Shown: positions 36,389 to 64,000 of the stretch, piece after piece | How the letters are laid out: every line of letters starts with the position of its first letter | Position numbering within the stretch: the stretch's first letter is position 1 | Assembly (NCBI RefSeq): GCF_964204865.1 | Contig: NC_135252.1 | Location: forward strand, 15,376,001 to 15,440,000 | Source of the DNA: Styela clava | Lineage: Eukaryota | DNA: 64,000 nucleotides | Direction: 5' to 3' | Position numbers and translations under genes: made by a program | Notes under the pieces: generated by a model | The model's database searches: none | Seen by the model: only the letters and a program-made list of their open reading frames with translations | Told to the model about the DNA's origin: nothing

Positions 36389-38204
36389 CTGCTTCACAAT
36401 AGGATTAGGTTACATACAATATTCATCAAAAAGTGAGCAACTGCAATCACATACAAATAGAAAATGTTTAGTATAACTTGGTGATCCTTCCACACATACA
36501 GCAGCTTTTCAGGAATCTAAAACGCGGGACACTCAAGATAAGATTAACCAAGAATATGACGAAACCGAATGCAAAAATTCAAATACCGGCACCGTATGAC
36601 AACTTCCAAGTCTAGGGAAACTTATTAATTGGCGTCTCACAATAGGTACCATATCCAATTGTTGCGTCATATTTATACAAACACATGTTCATCTCATATG
36701 AATTCCATAAAACCAAGTGCTGCATTTGTAAGTTCATAACTGCACAATACCAAGCCAGAAGTATAAGCCTTGCGGGAAAGATAATGCATCAAGTTTTTTT
36801 TTATATTTATGCTGACCTTAAATCTACGACCAACATTCTACTTCTTTTTCACGGTAGAAATATAATGTGGCACTTTTGAAATTGGGACATAAAATAAGGA
36901 GAGTCTTTTAGGTGCATTGGTGTAATTGAAATCTCGAGACTGAACCTGTGGGCAGGCCACGTCCCAACATACACAAGCAAAAACGACTGAATATTTGCCT
37001 GGACTAGTTGAGGTTTTTAATTTTTCAACCCACTAAGATAAATCAGTTTCCCCGAAAGAATACTATATAAAATAGTGAGTTTATTTTTACGATATCATTG
37101 AAGGAAAAGTATCAAAATTTACGAGGATTTAACGAATGTTCAACTGATATATATTACTGCACCATAAAATGAAGTCTCGTTTTGGTTGTCTGCAATCTTA
37201 ACAGTACACATTGCTACTTTTCTCACAATGTTTTCTTTTATTTGAAGATTTTAACAACAATGAATTATTCTGTAATGTCTTCTAACAATGAAAAATTGAG
37301 AGTGTCACTGGGAAATTTGGAAGATTTTTGCTGATGAAAAAAGTTCCTAAATGTTTGACGAGTATTTATTAGTCTTCATTTCCAACAAAAAACATTCAAA
37401 TATACAACTATATATACTGAGAGTGCATTGCTCCGATAGTTAGATCGTATTGTACCTTATTTGGAAGCTAATAAATTATAAATCATAATATTATACTTCT
37501 TGGGAATATGATGTATGGAATTTCATTTATTTTCCTGTTATATCTTCTTCGCAGTCTACGTGCTTTTTGTTTTCAAACATGTCATTGTGTCTGTGAGCAG
37601 CAGATGGCACCAAAGCATCGTTCGTAATTATATATACCGTGCATAATTTACATAAAGATCGAGTCGACGTTTTAAGAGTCATTCGCCGACACAGAGCTTG
37701 CGACCATCGGTGGGTTGTGGTATTGTGCCGCGGTCCTTCAGGTGTCCGCGTACGCTCGTTTGAGTTCTTGTCAGTCCGAGAACAGGAGCTAAATGTAGTG
37801 GATGGTATGAGGAAAGTTGCATACGTTTGTTGAATTTCATAGATGAACTAAGCCTTCTTCTTTTGCAGCAAGGCCTATAAAAAGCCCGATTTGGATTTGT
37901 TGCGTCCTCAATACAAAACAACGATAGAGCGTGAGTTAGAATGTTAGATAATGACACGCTTCAACGAAGTAATTTGTTTTGTATCTGATATGCTATTTTG
38001 CACAATGCTCTTGTTTGGTAGCAGATAATTTAAATTGCGTTCATTCGCATTTTTAGTTTTAGTGGGGATACAACGATTTCTTAAGAGCTGCTAGATAGCA
38101 TGAAGGATCATACTAAGCATCGTATATATATTTGTATGCAATTGCAGCTGTAGAGGTAACCATAAATTTTGTATGTGGGTAAGTCTATTGTAATTGTAAA
38201 GCAG
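36389..38204. promoter_or_regulatory. Divergent intergenic spacer / putative bidirectional promoter of the ABCB1 pair
   Basis: ATGs at 36360 (-) and 38233 (+) are 1.87 kb apart. TATA-like TATATATA at ~37628 precedes a GC-rich segment ending in GATG|GTATGA (~37804), a possible 5'UTR exon. Confidence 0.5.
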
Positions 38205-38232
38205 TGAGGAAAACAAGGACAAAGAAGCACAT

Positions 38233-60708
<22,476 letters not shown>

Positions 60709-61229
60709 GCAGAAGAATCAGCATTTCCTGTTTTGTTCACAAAAGAAGTTTGAAGATTGCTGATGTACGCCCTTTGATATTATTTTTCTCAATTCTTTTC
60801 TCGTTCAGTGCTGATTTTTTGCACCAAAGGCTGATTTTCTTTTTATACCTTGAATTGTTGTTATAAAGTGGTTTATGAAATAGCCATCGTTTTGTGACGA
60901 TACTTGGCTCTTATTTTATATATATAAATATTATTTTGTTCCTTTTTTTACACATATACGGTAGTTGACATTAGTGTTACTAACAGATTAATTTCGTTAT
61001 ATTTTAATTGGCTACTTTCTTTCTAATGATTTCTTTCTGAAAACAAGTTCATGCCTATCATGGTAAGTTATAACGAAGATATGCAGCCCTTATTACTACT
61101 GGAAGCTTACATTGGGTTATTATCAGTACAAGGTAAAATAGGCTTTTAGCACACCATTGGTCATCATGATTGTTTGGACTGTTAGAACAGTGGTTCACAA
61201 CCCAGAATGATTTATGAAGGTTTATGAAC

Positions 61230-63015
61230 TCTTAGCTCGCATAAGACTACATCCTGCAAAGTTTCTTGACAGATCACATCTTTTACCACCCACCAAAGTA
61301 GAGGCAGGTCCCGTGTGTTGTTTGAGGATAAGTAAGTCTTGTTTCCAGTGAAGACTGGTGTTTGAAGGGGTCTAATCCAGTGTCTAGTTTAGGTATGAGA
61401 ATAGTAGTGGCCTAGGCAAAGATCAAAAGTTACATAAATCATCCTGTGACTGCAAGAAGTCCTGACAGACAATTATCTCTTACAAAATACTACTTTTGTG
61501 GGTAATCAGCCGCAGCAAGCTACAGTTTAGTGAGCTGTCCCTCAAAGTTAAGTACACCGAGACTGTGCACATTATAACAACTGGTCTGCATGTCATAGAA
61601 ACCAACATTCAAAGCTGTATAGGTTGTTTAGGATTTTCATATTTATCAAAACCGACGAGCTGATTAATAGCATGGCGAAGCATTGTTATAGTCTGGTTAC
61701 CAGTAGGGCTGGGCATTTTCGAATACCTGGTGGATTCTATCTTTTTAGCATCGTATCTCAAACACTTGGAATATTGGTAATTGTATGTGACTTTATTTGC
61801 AAGTCCTCCAGATTCATAAATTAGTGAAAACATAGAATCCATCACTCAGTGTTTACACACAATAATAAGCATGTTTCATCAATAAATCACTCGAAAGAAC
61901 AAGAGTGATGGGTCAGTTTTCATTTCAAAATCATGGCTTTAACAAAAAATATGACAGATTTACCTCGATCTCAGGCAAACAAAACAAAGGTTATTTGAAA
62001 TTTTCATCTGAACCGATTCAAACATTTCACTATTCGGTTTGAAAGGCCCAGCTCTAGTTACCAGTTCATATGGGAATAGTTGATCAGTTATATTTTTCAA
62101 ATACATGGGCTTGAGTAAGCTGCAACTGAACGACGATTACGTGTACCATCCTACGACAGGGTAATGGAAGGAGAGATTGCAAGCATATTCCCAACAGTTT
62201 GCACGTGCAGTGGTCATGACACTAAGCATGTCGCAACAGTTTAAGTTATAGCTCCTGGCCTGATAGTCTCAGATCTGAAGAGGCTAACAGACTCTGCACT
62301 GTAACTAATCATCATCCAACAAAACAAGGAAGAATGCAACCTTTAGGACAGTAATTTTTCTTTTATTCCATTTCAGAAATATCAATCTGGTGCCAACAAT
62401 CAAATAAGCATTAAAATTACACTTACATTAGGCAGAAATGTAATAGGTAAGTTTGAAAAAAGTGCTATATCCACCAAACTGTATACATAGATTCAGGGTA
62501 TCGTTATTTTAACTTTGGTCATAGTTCACAGCATATTTTGACTTTAACAAATGATTATTTTGTCTCATTTTCACAGAGAATATAATGTATCATTTATATG
62601 AATGATTGAAATAATTCGATTTTCATAAAAAACTGAACTGGCCTCACTCGATAATCTTATTTTTTCTCAACATATCTAGTTCAGGTAGGTAGTATTGTTT
62701 AAATAAATGTGAATGATAATTGAAAAAAGATGTTTATCATAAGAAGTATTTTGAACTCTCAATTAATGTTTTTTCACTTTTTAATATAAATTATTAAAAA
62801 TTTGCGATAAATTAATGCACATGAATATAAAATAAGCCTATCTACATAATTATCTATATTTCATGTAATTTTGAGTAAATAGTCCACAAGACAGTGAAGA
62901 AAATCATACAATCATTAATTTGAAGGGAACTTACCATAGTAAAATAGATTTCAATATCTGAGTAGAGAAGAACTTGAGGTTCTATGTTGTATATTTTCAC
63001 AATTCTAGAATTAGT
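61230..63015 (-). other. Possible 3' exons of an unidentified convergent gene or pseudogene
   Basis: 81-nt open exon-like segment 63015-62935 (TTTCAG|...ATG|GTAAGT); a frame with one stop at ~62217-61963 ending AG|GTAAAT; a 78-aa ORF at 61845-61609. No family recognised. Confidence 0.25.
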
Positions 63016-63036
63016 CTGAAATGTCATGATGTATAT

Positions 63037-63333
63037 CAGGGCTCTGGTAGGTTGCGAAAGGGCTAAATAGGGGTTGCGGTAAAAACCTTTTATGACACCT
63101 ATGTCAGAACAAGTTATCGATCAAATTTGAAAATAGTACCGAGACCCACGATCACCGGAATAGAGTCTGGATTCGATCTTTTGTGTGAAAAGTACATATG
63201 TCTGAAGGTATTGACAGTTTTATTATTTTTTTGTAATATTTTTGTTGCTCCATTTTTATTTTAGTTCCTGGGGGTCATGAAAAAATTTGGCTGAGCTAAG
63301 CGGGTCGCGATGAAAAAAGTTTGAAGAATACTG
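63037..63333. mobile_element. hAT/Charlie-type MITE
   Basis: CAGGG...GAATACTG ends, GGGTCGCG/GGTTGCG subterminal motifs, perfect 8-bp TSD ATGTATAT. Confidence 0.8.
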
Positions 63334-64000
63334 ATGTATATATGGTGCTTCGCGACATAGCACAATGCTAAAAATTGTATCATATTTTGCTGGAATATGC
63401 TAGATTGTTATGTGTTTATTAAATTAACAATGTAAACTGACATTTCAGGTCAAGGGAAAGAGGTATAATGTTACGTCTGTAAAGTAACAGATGCAAATTT
63501 CACTTTGAAACACACCACTAGTTATGCATTTAGTGTTATCTTTTCAGGTAGTTAGCGTTTGATTAAACCTAGCAACAAATTAGCTAAAAATTTCTATGGA
63601 ATAGTAGTACAGTGGACAATTATACTAGGAACATGCTCGATTAATATTGTAAAATAAATCTATTGGTGAAAATCAAATGTGAGACATAAAATAGCGCTAG
63701 GTATAATACCATATCATGAATCGGTTCATAAGGATTAGCACAAACTGAAATTAACTCCATATATATTTAATTATACCAATACATGGAGGCATAAGTACGT
63801 GTTGAAAACCAATTCAGATAAGCCAGACTACAATAAAGCATAATGTGTGAAGAAAAATTTTCACCTAACTTACAAACTAACATGGTACAAAGTATATGTT
63901 AAAAGAAATTGAGTAAACTGATTAAACGAATAGAATTAAATACAGTACACTCAGTTAGTGCAAATAATTTGATTTAAAATGATCAAAAATTTCATAGACG

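Overview
AT-rich, intron-containing animal genomic DNA. A tunicate origin is an inference from the operon-like layout and mosaic CpG depletion, not something the sequence proves. (1) 1-11.3 kb: five tightly packed minus-strand genes, in transcription order RIC8 > PFDN6 > CDIN1 > ABHD14-like > a TRFH-domain telomere repeat-binding factor (TERF-like). Three are intronless in the CDS. Four have a pyrimidine-tract/AG acceptor 1-28 nt before the ATG, and only one promoter-like region lies upstream (~11.9-13 kb), so this is a candidate SL trans-spliced operon. (2) 15.3-61 kb: a ~46 kb inverted, head-to-head duplication of a full-length ABCB1/P-glycoprotein gene. By hand reconstruction both copies are intact (26 coding exons, ~1293 aa; 27 coding exons, ~1307 aa). 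They show gene-conversion-like tracts, one intron difference and copy-specific insertions. (3) Transposon content: a 4.9 kb long-TIR element with TAT..ATA ends and a 6-bp TSD (IS3EU-like) carrying a nested near-perfect palindrome and a nested hAT MITE; several hAT/Charlie elements with 8-bp TSDs; a probable solo LTR; a tRNA-type SINE; and a Helentron-like fragment. All alignments and exon coordinates were done by eye.
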